Source of the DNA: Eutreptiella sp. 'Long Island Sound 2002'
Lineage: Eukaryota; Protista; Euglenida
Length of the DNA stretch: 64,000 bases
NCBI GenBank assembly: GCA_964036045.1
Contig: OZ038378.1
Location: 95,976,001-96,040,000, forward strand
Direction of reading: 5' to 3'
Shown piece by piece: positions 23,801 through 37,089 of this stretch. Both the position numbers and the translations under genes were made by a program. A model generated the notes under the pieces. The model ran no database searches and was not told the origin of the DNA. It saw nothing but the letters and a program-made list of their open reading frames with translations. Every line of letters begins with the position of its first letter. The first letter of the stretch is position 1.

Positions 23801-26800
23801 CAAAGGCTGGATTGAGGAGACTCCCCGTCACCTTAGCCCGCGGGCCGCACGGGATTGCCGCCCGTGGATAGCTACTTGGAGGGCGTGCAGTAAGTCCCCA
23901 TATTGCTGGCGCCGTGACCTCCTTGCCTCTTAGGCTTGGTTGCCCTTCTCCCCTTTGCTGTGCGCAGGGCCATGTCGCGCTAAGTGTAGCGCTCCATGAA
24001 CCCCAAAGGTCGGGTGCCGAAGCCCACTCCCGCGAGTGCCGGAGTAGGGGCCGGTGCCCCGGCACGGGGCGGCCCGGCTTAAGGGACCGCGGTGCCGTTG
24101 AGTGAGCAGGCCCCTATCCCTGTCCGCTGTCTTTGTAAAGCCCAATGACACAACATCTTCCCCACCGCGCCTAACACCCCATGTGTTCATGGCCCTCCCA
24201 TGCCGGGAGGCCCTCTAGTGCCACACCCTAAAGGGTCCGCTGGCTACTCTGGGACGGCGCCCCGCTATACCCACAACTCCTACGCGCTTCATCAGGTGCC
24301 GCCAAAGATTCACTCGCAGCCGGCCTATCCGGCTTACCACTGAAGTGAGCCGCGTTATGGACTGCCCCTCCACCCCGGTTGTACTCACTAATGCCGGTAG
24401 TCCCGCCCCGTCATCAGCGGGATCTAGAGATGGCCTACAACCCGCACCAACCGCCGTCGCCCCAGGCTCAGGCCCGGGCGTACAACCCCCCCCCCCCCCG
24501 TAGATACGACGGTGCCACGGAGCGCCGTATCTACCGGTCGGGCATGGGGGGCTGTCTTGGGCTCCCAGTCCGGTCGGCGCCGCGTGTCCGGGATGACATA
24601 GCGCAAACGCCGCGCCGTGTCCGGATTCCGTGAACCCCTTCCCCAAAGGTGGTGCGAGGCAGGCCACAGCCAAGGTGGCTGCCGCGGCGGGCGGAGGCAC
24701 GGTTATCGCCACCTCGGTGGTAGCCCGGGTCATCCGCGTTGCGCCTCTACAACGACGGGTCGTTACAGCGCTACGCGGTACTGAGCAGGACGGACCCGTG
24801 CGCAAACGCAAGCATGAGGACGGCAAGGCCAAGCCAGCGGAGGACCAACGGGCCGCGGCGGCCAGGCACCACCTGCCAGCCCATACCCCATTGGAACCAC
24901 CCCGCGAGCCGCCACGCAAACGACGACGAGCCTTGTGGCCCGCAGCCCGCAGGCTGTACCGTCTCCTCAAGCCGGGGACCCACACACGCCCCACAAGAAG
25001 CGGGTTGAAGCACCCAATAGCAGCACCGGAGTAGGTAAGGGCTCACAGTAATCCACGTGTAGTGCCTCCTTGTCGGGTGTCCGCGCCGCCACCTTGTGGA
25101 CCATTTCATGTGGATTGAGGGGGCGGTGGGGGTGGCGGACACCAGCTTCGGGGCTGAGATGCATGGGTATCTAACCTTCCGCTCACACACCCATGCGGTG
25201 GCTGCTTGCGCAGTGGTAAGTGCTTCCCCGCGTACAGCTGCGCCCCAGCCGCAGCCGGGACAGTTGCCGCAGTGATGCACTGCATACACTACAAAGTGAC
25301 ATGTGGCCCCATGCTCCGCAAACACGACAATACCCCTCTTGGAGGGCGGACGGAGGTGACGCCTACCCATGGCGCGCCTGCGGAACAACCCCCCTCACGA
25401 ACGCTGACGTCCGGCGCCTCGCATCCACGATCGTTCGGCAACCGCCGCCGACGCATACCTCGCGGGTAAAGCACCGTACCTAGAAGCCCGCGGCGAGCGA
25501 TGCTATGCTGCTCCCACCTACGAACCAAGGCCCCCGCGGTACACCCCGGTGTGCAGGCGGCGCCCTTGTCCCCTAGCCCAGAGCACCAGCCTGTCGCGCC
25601 CCCAACGGCTGCGTCCAGTCCTCCACGAAAGTGCTCAGGCGACCGCGCCAATGCGCCCAGGCCCGGGTGGGTGACACCGCGCCGGGCAGCCGCCGGTGTA
25701 GCGGCCAGTGCAGTCGCCAGCCCCCCTCAATGCGGCAACATTCCAACTCCTTTCCGGGACCGGCCCTTCGCCAGCCGAGCCCCATGGATGGGGCCTAGCT
25801 TAGCCCCGTGCATGAGCCCCTGTGCATGGCCCGTGTGCTCCCCATCGGCCCGTATTGAGCAATCCCAAGAACTCACGGAGGTCTACCCCTCGGATAATGA
25901 GCCCAGGCTTCCACTTGAGGAGGGTGAGCTAACCAAGATGGCCGCTGCCCCGTCTGCGGATGGCCGGCTCCCGCCCCCCCCCCCCCCCGGCCCCACGGAG
26001 CCCACACGCTCACTTGCCGGAAACCCCGCCCTCGCCGGACAGCCTTGGTTCCGAACCACGCCCGGTTTGGTGTCACGCAAGCCGCATATGGAACCTCCGC
26101 CCGTGTGACCGGTGTGCTCAACCGCCCGACAGAGCCCCCGGAGACGAATTGGCCCCGTGGTCTCCCGGATGCGCCGACCAATACGGCCTACGGGGCCGAT
26201 CGGCCCCGTGACCCCCCCCTCCCCCCCCACATTACAGTGGACGCCTCCTAGGGCACAACCACTCGTCTAGCAAGTTTGGCGGGGGGGTGACGTTGTGAGC
26301 TTGGGCCTCCGTGGTGTCACGCCAACAGCAGACGCCTCGAAAGACGAGGTCGAGCCGTGCACCAAGGCTGTGCCCTTGGGGCCCGGGGCCGTGAAACCTT
26401 TGACAACGGCCAGCAACCCTTGTCTTGCCCAATTGCCTCCATCCCTCATACCGCCGTGCAGGAGGTTAAAACCTGCAGTGCCATGGATGTCGCTGTGTTC
26501 CTAACCAGTGAGCATCTGTCGGTGGTGCGGCGCCGCATGCGAGCAACGAGCCCGGATACCACCCCCATCCCTGGCCCCCCACTCTCCTGGGAAGGATGGC
26601 CTCCCCCCCCCCTTGGCCCAATGCCAAGAGCACTCATGAGCCGCTTGAAATCGTTGACTTCACCTTCGGACTCCCCTCCTTCTTGCTTTCCAGCTGAATC
26701 CCGACCCTCCACCCGCCAGGGCCCGGGATCACGGTGTACAATGTTAACAAGGGGAAGATGGAGCTCCGACTCCCAACCCTAGTCGGGGGCAGCCGCCCGG

Positions 26801-27161
26801 GCTGGGGGTCCAAGCAATGGCATATGCATATGCCTAGTCTGCCCCACCCCCACCCTTGGCGGTGCCACCCGACAGCCGTACCTTTGTACTGGTGTGCCAG
26901 TGCCCGGTGCACGTGCTGCGCGGCACTTCGGTATCCACCCCCCCCCCCCCCGCCCGATGCAAGTCTGCGGCAAGCGGCACGACCGGTAGCAGCCGGTCGA
27001 TGCGGCCGGGGCTGACGTCGACGACCACGGGGTGACCGTCACCCCATCCGGGGGTCCCCCCTAGTGCTCACCATGTCCATGGGTGCCAGGGCCAACTATG
27101 ACAGGGCCCGCGTCGCGCCGGTCCACTCAGCCTCCACAGCCCAATTGCTCAGAGACGCAGA

Positions 27162-30100
27162 GTGGAAGGGTTGGAGTGTTGGCTTGAAGAGCTACGCGAA
27201 GGATCTCCAGCTGGCCTGCCCTCCGGGTTTCATGGTCCCGGTGCGCAAGCCCCGGCCCTGCACCCTGCCGATGTGAAGACGGGGGCGGGCCTCATTGTGT
27301 ATGTCCGCTCCGGGACCACCACCTGGGCAACCTGCAAGGGGAAGGTAAGGATGGAGTGTGCTGCTGCCATCCATTTCATGTGGAACAGGGGTTGGGAGAG
27401 GGTAATAGATGCTTGCCTACAACACCCCAGTGTGAGGCAGCATCAAGTAGGAGGAAAAAGTTGGGAGTCCGTGTGCAATACATGGTGGGAGAAATTTGCA
27501 AGCATGTGTGCATTCGCATGGTTCTCCGGGGCTGACTTGGGGCGGCTCCGGAACCATAACATAGCCATGGCCACCGCCCACAATGAGCTCAAGTGGGGCA
27601 AACTTCTGTGGACGCATCTTTGGATCGACCACATGTATTATCTTGCAGAGAAGTGGAGAATCTTATCAAAGTTCTCTTGCTTTGCCATCCCTATGGTACA
27701 CGCTAGCATACCCAATCTCGTTCTAGCCTAGAATGCGGTAGAGCGGCCAGAACGAAAAATAGAGGGGGGTACACCGACCCATGGGCATAGGGGGGCGGGG
27801 GTATGAAGGGTGCAAATTGGACCCCTATTACCATACTAGGGGGTCCATACCTTTTTTTTCAGAAAAACACATTTTTGACATGAAATTCAACAAGTACAAA
27901 AAACCGTTCCAGGAACGTTCTAGCGGCGCTCTAGCGCCGCCCCGCTAGAACGGCGCTAGAACGGTTCGCTAGAACGACGCCGGAACAAACCATGCACACA
28001 CATTTGGCAAGTAAAACACACCAATGTGGGAAGGGGGGGGGGGTTCCATGACACATAGACACATGGAAACCATCACATTTGGTACATGTCTAGTCATATG
28101 TGCGCGCACACACACACACACACACACCTGCACACACACATTTTGACATAGGCGCGGGCACTGTGGGGGTGCCCTCCCTTCAAGCCCTTAGTGGGGGGGG
28201 GGGGGCTTTGCTTTTGTCACACATTTTCCGGGGGGGGGGGGGCTTGAGAACTACCTTGGGGGGGGGTTGGACTCAGGCGTCGGGGAGGGTGTTCCGTTCT
28301 TCGTTTTACAGGTGGTTTTTTCTTGGATTTTTCTGATGTTGATGACGAAATGCAATTTTGAAGTTGAATTTTGAATTTGCACGTATGCCATGCAATGATG
28401 TGCAGTGTTGTGGTGTGTTGTGGTCTCATAAGGTGTAAAGTGGTGTCATGTGGCGTGGTGTGCTGTGGTGTGCTGCAGTCTGCTATAGTGTGTGATCTGC
28501 TATGGTGTGTTGTACTGTGCGGGGGGGGGGGGTAATGTGTTGTGGTCACATGACGTGCCCCGTGGTGTGCTGTGTTGTCATGTGGTGTGGTCGGGTGTCA
28601 CGTGGTGTGGTCTGGTGTCATGTGGTGTGGTGTGGTGTGGTGGGGTATCGTGCGATAGGGTTGCCTGTCTGGTTGGTTGAAGGGTGTGTTGGTTGCTTGG
28701 CAGGTGGGGTTGTTTGGCAGCTTGGGTTGTTTGTTGGGTGTTTGGCTGGGTGGGGCACGATGTGTGGTGTGTGCACCCTGTGGTGTTAGGTGCTATATGC
28801 TGTTGTGTGCTCTGTGATGTCATGTCTGTGGGTACCATGTAATTACTGCCATTCCAAGGGAGGGGGGGGGGCTGATAAGCAGTCACTATTCTTGTTCTAG
28901 CGGCGTTCTAGGGAGGCGTTCTAGCGGTGATCTCGCGGCGCTCTACCGGCCGCTAGAGCGCCGCTAGATCACCGCTAGAACAGTTCCTGCGAACGCCGCT
29001 AGAACAAAAATAGTGACTGCTATCAGCCCCCCCACCTTCCTTGGAATGGCAGTAATTACATGGTACACACAGACATGACATCACAGAGCACACAACAACA
29101 TACGGCACCTAACACCACAGTGTGCACACACCACACAGCGTGCCCCACCCAGCCAAACACCCAACAACCCAAGCTGCCAAACAACCCACCTGCCAAGCAA
29201 CCAACACACCCTTCAACCAACCAGACAGGCAACCCTATCGCACGATGCCCCACCCCACCACACCACACCACATGACACCAGACCACACCACATGACACCC
29301 GACCACACCACATGACAATACGGTGGTCTCGTAAGGTGTAAAGTGGTGTGGTGTGCCCTGTTGTAGTCTGTTGTGGTGTGTGATCTGCTATGGTGTGCTG
29401 TACTGTGCAGTGGCGTGGTGTGTTGTACTGTGTGGGAGGGTAGTGTTTTTTGCCCTGTGGTGTGCTGTGTTTCAATGTGGTGTGGTTGGTGGGGTTGGTT
29501 GGATGGTGTGTTGGTTCATTGGCAGGTTGGGTTGTTTTGGAGCTTCGGATATTTGTTGGGTGTTTAGCCGGTTACGGCATGCTGTGTGGTGTCTGCACCC
29601 TGTGGTGTGTTCTGTGGCATTCTGCAGTATGCTCTGTGATGTCAGATCTGTGAGTACACCTTTATTTGCTGCCGTTCCAAGGGAGGGGGGGGGGGCTGGT
29701 CAACATTAAATATTTTTCTTCTAGCGGCGTTCGCGGGAACCGTTCTAGTAGCGTTCTAGCTAGAGCGTCGCTAGATCACCGCTAGAACGGTTCCCTAGAA
29801 CGCCGGTAGAAGAAAAATATTTAATGCTTACCAGCCCCCCCCCTCCCTTGGAATGGCAGCAAATACAAGTGTACTCACAAATGTGACATCACAGAGCATA
29901 CAACAGAATGCCACATCACACACCACAGGGCACAGACACCACACAGCATGCCGCAACCGGCTACACACCCAACAAATATCCGAAGCTGCCAAACAACCCA
30001 ACCTGCCAAGCCACCAACACACCATCCAACCAACCCCACCAACCACACCACATGAAAACACAGCACACCACAGGGCACGTCATGTGTCCACAACACACTA

Positions 30101-31000
30101 CCCCCCCACACAGTACAACACACCACAGCCAATCACACACTACAACAGACCGCAGGTCAGCACACCACACCACACCACACCACACCACTTGACATGAGGA
30201 CATGCCACATGACACCAGACCACACCACATGACATTGCAACACACCACAGCGCACCCCATGAGACCACAGCACAACACGCCACGCCACTGCACAGTACAT
30301 CACACCACAGCACATCACACACCACAACAGACTGCCACACAACACACCACACCACTTTACACGTTATGAGACCACAACACACCACAACACTGCACAACAC
30401 TGCATGGCATACCTGCAACTTCAAAATTCAACTTCAAAATTGCATTTCGTCATCAACATCAATAAAATCCTAGAAAAAACCACCCGTGAAACGAAGAACA
30501 GAACACCCTCCCCGACGCCTAAGTCCAACCCCCCCCCCCCCTAAGGTAGTTCTCAAGCCACCCCTTGAAAAATGTGTGACAAAAGCAAAGCCCCCCCCCC
30601 CCCCACTAAGGGCTTGAAGGGAGGGCACCCCCACAATGCCCGTGCCTGCGTCAAAGTGTGTGCGTGCATGTGTGTGCGTGCATGTGTGTGTGTGTGTGTG
30701 TGATAATTTTTTTCTTCTACCCAGGCTATTATATTGTTCTAGTTTTGATCTCATCTAGGCTAGAACGATCTAGCTAGAGTGTTCTAGGCTCGATCAAGAT
30801 TGGGTCTTCTAGCTTGTAGCAAGGGATGGAGGGAAGGCACCGGAGGCTGAAGCGCATGTTGCGCAACAGCGGGGGCCTAAAACTCCTCCGCGGGAGACTA
30901 CGGCTGCAAGTGGTTGTGGACAGCCACACCATTGATTATAGCCTGTGATCCCATGGGTGTGATGCGACCAAAAGGGCACACAATGGGCAAGGGCCCATGA
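27162..31000 (+). pseudogene. RAG1/Transib(CMC)-like transposase C-terminal region, split by an insertion (copy A)
   Basis: Removing 27689-30825 plus one AT restores HLWIDHMYYLAEKWRILSKFSCFAMEGRHRRLKRMLRNSGG. H-x4-H followed by Glu at +20 matches the RAG1 H937/H942/E962 spacing. Confidence 0.7.
27689..30825. mobile_element. Non-autonomous CACTA/EnSpm(CMC)-type element, 3137 bp
   Basis: CCCT...AGGG termini, ~45-bp imperfect TIRs (CCCTATGGTACACGCTAGCATACCCAATCT vs CCCTTGCTACAAGCTAGAAGACCCAATCT), 2-bp TSD AT, and excision restores the host reading frame. Confidence 0.85.
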
Positions 31001-31569
31001 ATGTATAAACGTATGCAAGCCGTAAAAGAAGACAGCTTCTAACCGACATGCAGCACCTTCACACTCTACAGCTCCGGTGTCGCAAGAAACGGACATGAGA
31101 TCACAACACGAACCTAGACCATTGTTGCCTGTGGCCAGGGTGCATGCAGGGATGCATTGGAGAGCGTACCTTGGGTGTTAGGACAAATCACGGGGTGCAC
31201 ACGGGTAACATTTGTGTAAAATCACGTGCATTCACGTGAAATTCGCACAAAATTCGTACGCAATTCGTGCGAGTCTGGTACGAATTCAGGTAAATTCACG
31301 CCTATGAATCAGCTACAAGGTTGCCGGGTTTCCGCACCTCTCGTTTGGGGCGCTATTTGGGCATGGTGGATGCTTTTGGGGCGGGACCTTCACTGGATGA
31401 TGCGTAAAGAAGCCGAGGGAAGAACTTTACCCCGGCAATTCCCTCACAAGGAACCAAAAATATGGTGTTTCCCCCAGAAAACCTCAAAATTGGGGTCGAT
31501 TCACGTGAATATGCCCGCCCCATTCAAACGGCCATTGATCCCCCGTCCACGAAGGGTAAACCTGCTCCG

Positions 31570-34500
31570 GGGCCACAGGATGCCAATTCCCTCCGAATGG
31601 AGATGCTCAACCCGTGGGGGAAGCATCTCGTGGTGGCGGCCCACAACCCCCGGATCAATATTCCCTGTGGGCCCTACATAATGTGCTGGACAGACATCCC
31701 GTGTGAGGTTACCCGCATTGTTGACCGGGCGTCTTTGTTGGTTGTGGCTGACACCAACTTGGCCCGCGGACAGAATGACACCGTGCCCCGACGACTCGGC
31801 CTATCGCACGCTCTTGACGGCCTTCCCCCTCAGGAACCCGGTGGACGTGCCGCCTGTCCCCGTTGAGACATACTCATATTTCCACGGGAATTCATGTTCC
31901 GTATCAACACGGTCGCGTGCCGTAGCGATGCGACGATCGCCGTAGCGTCCTACCACTATTGGAGAAGCACCCTCGTATCCGACCATGCCGTCTCCCTCCT
32001 GTTTGCCCTCACACACGCCGTGGTCCCGCTGGATAAGCCCTACCCCCACACGGTGTCCCGCACGCCCGAGTACCACCTGGCGCCAGTGGTCCTTTCCCCG
32101 GCGGATAAAGCCGATTTTAGGGCCTCGATGCTCATCAGGCGGTACAATGCCCCCAACTTGCCCGGACTTCACGGCTGAAATGCCTGCGGCGCGCCATCTA
32201 TGATTTGGCGAAGGCTGCGGGCCCCTTCCCTCAATATCCGGCACTACCGCCTCCGGTCGCGCTCGGCGGAGAGGGCCTTGGCATCCCTGCACCACAGCTG
32301 GTAACGCCTCCAAGGGCGCAACTACTGCATCCAAAATGGCCCCTCGAGGTGGCAGGTCTTTCAGACTTACCTACACCTCCTTCCGAGGCCCCCTCCACGA
32401 GACCTAGGTGAGTATGTGCAGCCACGGCACTTGAGCCAAGTGTGAGCGGAGAAGATGTGCAGGCCAAACTTGGCCCTTCCGGAGGCCGATTTCTGCATCG
32501 ACATCATGTGGTACCGTCACTTCAGTGACACCCACAAGCAGACCCTTTGCCACATCATGAGGACCAATCCCCCACGTCTTCTGGTGCGTGGTCGAACGTG
32601 AAGGGATTATACACGGTGTGCACGTGGGAGCTACAGTGGCCCCCCCGTTCGTCCGGTGCATGGGCCCGGCGTATGCCATGGACGTGTGCCGTCCCCTTGG
32701 TGCACCACCCCATGGTGATGTGCGCCGATGATACCATCACCATCGTCGCTAGGGGTGAGGGGCCGCCCGTACAAGGGGCCCTAGTGGACCGGCGCACGTA
32801 CCGCCACGGGCTACTACGGGCCTCTGTGGTGGCCAAGAAAGTCGAGCATCGCTCTACCCGGGATTCCATATCCCTGCAGCCCCCCGCCCCGGATGCGGTG
32901 GATGTGCACGTGGGGTCCACCTGGGTCACACACACCGTGGAGACCAAGGAGCGAGCCCACCGACACTCCACAGAGCTCCAACCGTCACCGTGCTTCGGTA
33001 CATGGGCACCGATTTTTTGCTACAGAGGAACCCCACGGCGCCCCGCAACATCTTGGCCGTCAAGGAGGACATCCGGGGGCAAATTAAGCACCAACGCTTG
33101 GCACCAACGCGGCAATGATGGCCTTGGCCTCCAAGGTCATGACAAAGCTGTTCGCCGTGGCCATTGTATGCCGCCCCACGGCCACCACCTAACAAGTGAA
33201 TGACGCGCTGGTGGTCCGGTGCCGGAGGCACGGCACCGGTACATGCCCCGTCCACACGGAGTCGCTTTGGGGGCCATCGAGGGATGGCTGCATGGGGCTC
33301 CACCGGTCTGAGCACTTGTGGCAGGTGGCTGTAGCCCGAGAGTGGGTTTGCTAGGGGGCGTGGGTGAACGACCACTTCCGGCGGGCCCAGGGGGCCTACT
33401 GGGCGTAGTGCCACGCCCACCATGGAGGGTGCACAGCGGTGATCGCCCCGGGTCAATGGACCCACCACCGTCACTACCCCGACTTGCTGCGACGTCTACA
33501 ATTGGCAGTTGACTAGGTGGTCTTGCCCATGTGGCTCCCAGGGCAACGCCACGGAGCGTCCCCCATCATCGCTCTCGCCCCGAGCCCCCCTCCCCAAGCG
33601 GGGACTACCTCTGCAATCGCACCCGGAGGTCACAATGTACTACACGGCGTATGGCACAATAACCCTCGTCCGCGTGCCCCGGGTAGTCTTCTCCGCAGCC
33701 TTAGCACTGGGGTACGACCACCTTGGGGACTTCGAAACCTCGGAGGGCGCGTTGCGCAGTGCCAAAGACCTGCGAACGCGGGTGCCCTGGAGCCGCATAG
33801 CTGACACGAACCGGGCGTGCCTCTAGCAGGACGATGCTTTGCTACGGCCCGTGGTAGGGGCCCCGACCCGCAAGGCGTGGCCCCCACGACGTGGGCGCCA
33901 TGCCCGATATGGCCGGCCGCCACCACGGCGGTCATCGGCAAGGGGGAGGCCGAGACCACCCGGAATTGGGTAGTGTATCAGCAAGGCCGGGCCATACAAG
34001 TGGCCACGGCGATAGAGGACCTCATGGGGGTCATAGGATAGTCCGTGGTGTTAGCTGTCTACGAGCAGCCACACCCGAACCTCCTTAGCGACATCCGCCT
34101 CCACCGACTGTTGGTGAGGCTGCTGCCGCCCGCAAGTCGAACCCCCCCCCTACATGTGTGCCTATAGGACGACGGGGCAGTGACCACGCTCCCGCGGCTG
34201 CAGGCCCCAGACACGGAGGGTCCCACGATCGTGTGGCACTGCAGCCGGCCGGATAGCCACTACTTGACTTGGGTGACTCGGGCGCAGCACACGGTGCTAA
34301 CCGTCACCCACACCCCACCACCAGACCCGTGGGTTGAGCTTTCCCCGGGGCGGTAGCCCTATTCAAGACCCCACCCGGTGCCTTACCCAGAAATGCCTGC
34401 GACGTCCTCATCGGGGCCCGCTCTACATGGCCCTACATGCGCCGGAGGCCGTGCCGTCAGAGCTAGGCCCGGCGCTTCGGACTCACCTACGGGAGATTTC

Positions 34501-36160
34501 GTGCGGCATGCGGCGCCCAACCCCCATCGGGCCCCAATGGCAGCTCCCATGTACTCGCAGCCCCGGAGGGAGCCCGGGAAATGGTTCCATGACCTCCCCC
34601 CACTAGTCACAATTTGTGAGGCCATAGTGACCACCGACGCCGGAACCATCTCGGCAAGCAGGGCGATGGTGATCGCACATGAGAGTGCGCAAGGGGAGTA
34701 CGAGACCGTGACAACATCGGGGGTGGGGACTTCCCAAGAAGGAGAAGCCTTGACCTTGCTGCTCTGCGTCACGCAGCTGTCGTCTCAGCAGGGCACCTAC
34801 TGGGTGGTACTTGACAGTGGGGGCCCTCCGGACGTACCAGGAGGGAGGAAAGTGTGGAGACGGGATACACCACCTACACGGGCAAACTTTGGGGGCAGAG
34901 CGCCTATCCCCGAGGCTGCTGACAAAGAATTTGTCAATGTGCACAAACTAAGCACAAAACAGCCTGATGATGTTGATGCGGACCAAAGGTGGATGTGGGT
35001 CGACCCGATCAAGAAGGCTGTATGGAGGAACAAGACCACAACGGATGCGCTGGTGCGGTATAATTACTGCAAAGTGCATCCGTGGGAGGTTGCGTTCAAC
35101 GTGGTGGTCACTCCCTCCCACTGGATCACCTCCATCGATCTTTGGGTGGACGTGGCAACCACGGGCGGGTTGTACTTGGATGTTGCGGCACCCGTACGCC
35201 TGTCTGCCCGGTATGGTACGGGGACCATTGCTAGCTAGCTCCGACTTGCCAGATTGGTTGTAGGAACAAGCGGCGGTACCCGCACAGGTGCACTCCAAAG
35301 CACCATTGGGGGCCCAACTACCAACCGGGCTTGGGCCTGCCCCTGGACTGCTTCACCATCAACCAGCAACGGCACGTAGTGCCCCACCACATACGCAGCC
35401 TGCCCACCATGACGGTGTTGGCGGAGCGCGCACACCGCAACGTGCAAATGCCCGTGCAGCGCCTACTATGCGGTAGTGGTCCAGAAAGAGCTCAGCACTT
35501 GTGGGAGTGCCCGGTGCAGGCCCACAAGTGGCACCCGGCTAGATAGCGCTTGCACTCATGGCTCAACACCTACGTCGGGCTGCGGCCTCGCATGTGCACA
35601 ACTAGCTGTGGGACCCAGCCGTTTAGGAGCAGTGGGCGGCGGCCATCGCAACGCTGTCCATGGCCCAGCTAGGACTAGCGGGACCGCATGACATCAGGCT
35701 GGAGTTCATCAGGCAAGTGGTGACGGAGTCCCACAAAGTGTGACTCTCACATGCCAAGGCACGAGAGGGCCTCATCAAGGCCTGAGCAGGCCCTTGGGGC
35801 ACCATGACATGGGCCCTACGGGAGCTGCAGCTGCACCAACAGGCGGAGCGGCAGGGTCCCCAAGATGGCCTTGAACTAGGCCCGTCCGACGCTAGGGCAC
35901 ACCTGGCCGCCGCACAGGTGCTTAACAAACCCCTGCCCGTTTTGCTATGCCCGTAAGCAAGACATTCCAGCCTTTGCCTTTTGGTAACAGCGCCTTCGGC
36001 ACACACCACACCACACCACACCACACCACACCACACCACACCACACCACACCACACCACACCACACCACACCACACCACACCACACCACACCACACCACA
36101 CCACACCACACCACACCACACCACACCACACCACACCCCACCACACCACACCACACCACA
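31570..36160 (+). mobile_element. Decayed, 5'-truncated non-LTR retrotransposon (APE endonuclease-RT-RNase H-Zn finger)
   Basis: APE: VVADTN, TYSYFHG, FRINTV, SDHAV. RT: MCADDTITIV (~32718), FCYRG, PSRDGCMGL. RNase H: VTTDAG, TSQEGEAL, WVVLDS. ZnF: LLCGSGPERAQHLWEC. Ends in a (CACAC)n tail. Confidence 0.85.
36001..36160 (+). repeat. (CACAC)n microsatellite, ~32 units, forming the LINE 3' tail
   Basis: Near-perfect pentamer array directly after GCCTTTTGGTAACAGCGCCTTCGGC. Confidence 0.95.
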
Positions 36161-36761
36161 AGTAGGGGAGCTGCAGAGAGGGGGGCGCAATGTGCTGTTT
36201 TTAATTTCAACGGATGTCTGAGATAGGCAGGAATTTTTCTTGGTTCACAGACACTTGAAGGGCCTCACTAAAGGTGTTGCACCACCTGAGTACCCTGCAA
36301 GCTTTGCCACAGTGGGTTGGTTACCCTACGAGAGGAGAGGTTGCCTTATGTGCCTCAACTTAGATGTTTAGTCCAACATGGCAGCTTTGCTTTGGACGTG
36401 GCTTCCACTGCGAACTTAGATGTTTAGTCCAACATGGCAGCTTTGCTTTGGACGTGGCTTCCACTGCGATCCCAGCACTGTTCCCACCCCCTCAACTGTA
36501 GGGTTGCCTGCAGCAAAGGATCGGATCTTCCATTTACAGAGATTGCTGAGGGCTATACCACTGATGTAGAGACTATGAGCCATTTCCCGAGTGCATTCAG
36601 TGGCATTGTAACGCATCGCTGGTTTGTACACTGGCCAGAAGCAACAAAGAAGTCCTGTGCATGAGCTCTGCCCTGCTTTTCCTGTGTTTGCTCTTGCGCT
36701 TTTACGTCCCCATCTCAGTGGCTCTTCTTTGCTGTCCGCAGCTCTGCACACGTTTGCTTAG

Positions 36762-37031
36762 GAGAAGGTGCCAAAAGTGGACTACCTCATCAACAACGCT
36801 GCCATCATGGCTGTGCCCGAGCAGACCAATTCAAGGGGCTGGGAGCTGCAGTTTGCAACCAATCACTTGGGCCAGTTCGCACTGGTGCAACACCTGCTGC
36901 CGCTCTTGAAGGCCAGCAAGACTCGCATTGTGAATCACGCCTCCTCTGCTGCGCACATTTTGTGGCCTGTTCACCCTATCAACCTCACCGACGTCATGTT
37001 CCAGAAGGGTCGCCCCTACGATCCTGCTGTG
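36762..37031 (+). CDS. Internal exon of a short-chain dehydrogenase/reductase (retinol dehydrogenase/WWOX-like)
   Basis: EKVPKVDYLINNAAIMAVP...GWELQFATNHLGQFALVQHLLPLL...RIVNHASSAAH...YDPAV. Pyrimidine tract and TAG acceptor before; GTATTT donor after (donor choice inferred). No stops. Confidence 0.85.
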
Positions 37032-37089
37032 GTATTTCAGCCTGTGCACCTGGTAGTGGTGTGATGCATGCTGTTAGCTCCATGCTGCG

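Noticed and set aside
25040-25230. RRM-like HGYLTF segment (LINE ORF1)
   Set aside because: A single weak RNP1-like match in a stop-interrupted frame is not enough to call.
21175-26780. Many 60-260 aa ORFs on both strands
   Set aside because: They are overlapping Pro/Arg/Gly-rich frames typical of high-GC repeat DNA, with no domain motifs.
28400-30424. VVWCG/HHTTP repeat ORFs (also 35922-36226)
   Set aside because: These are translations of (GTGTG)n/(CACAC)n microsatellite.
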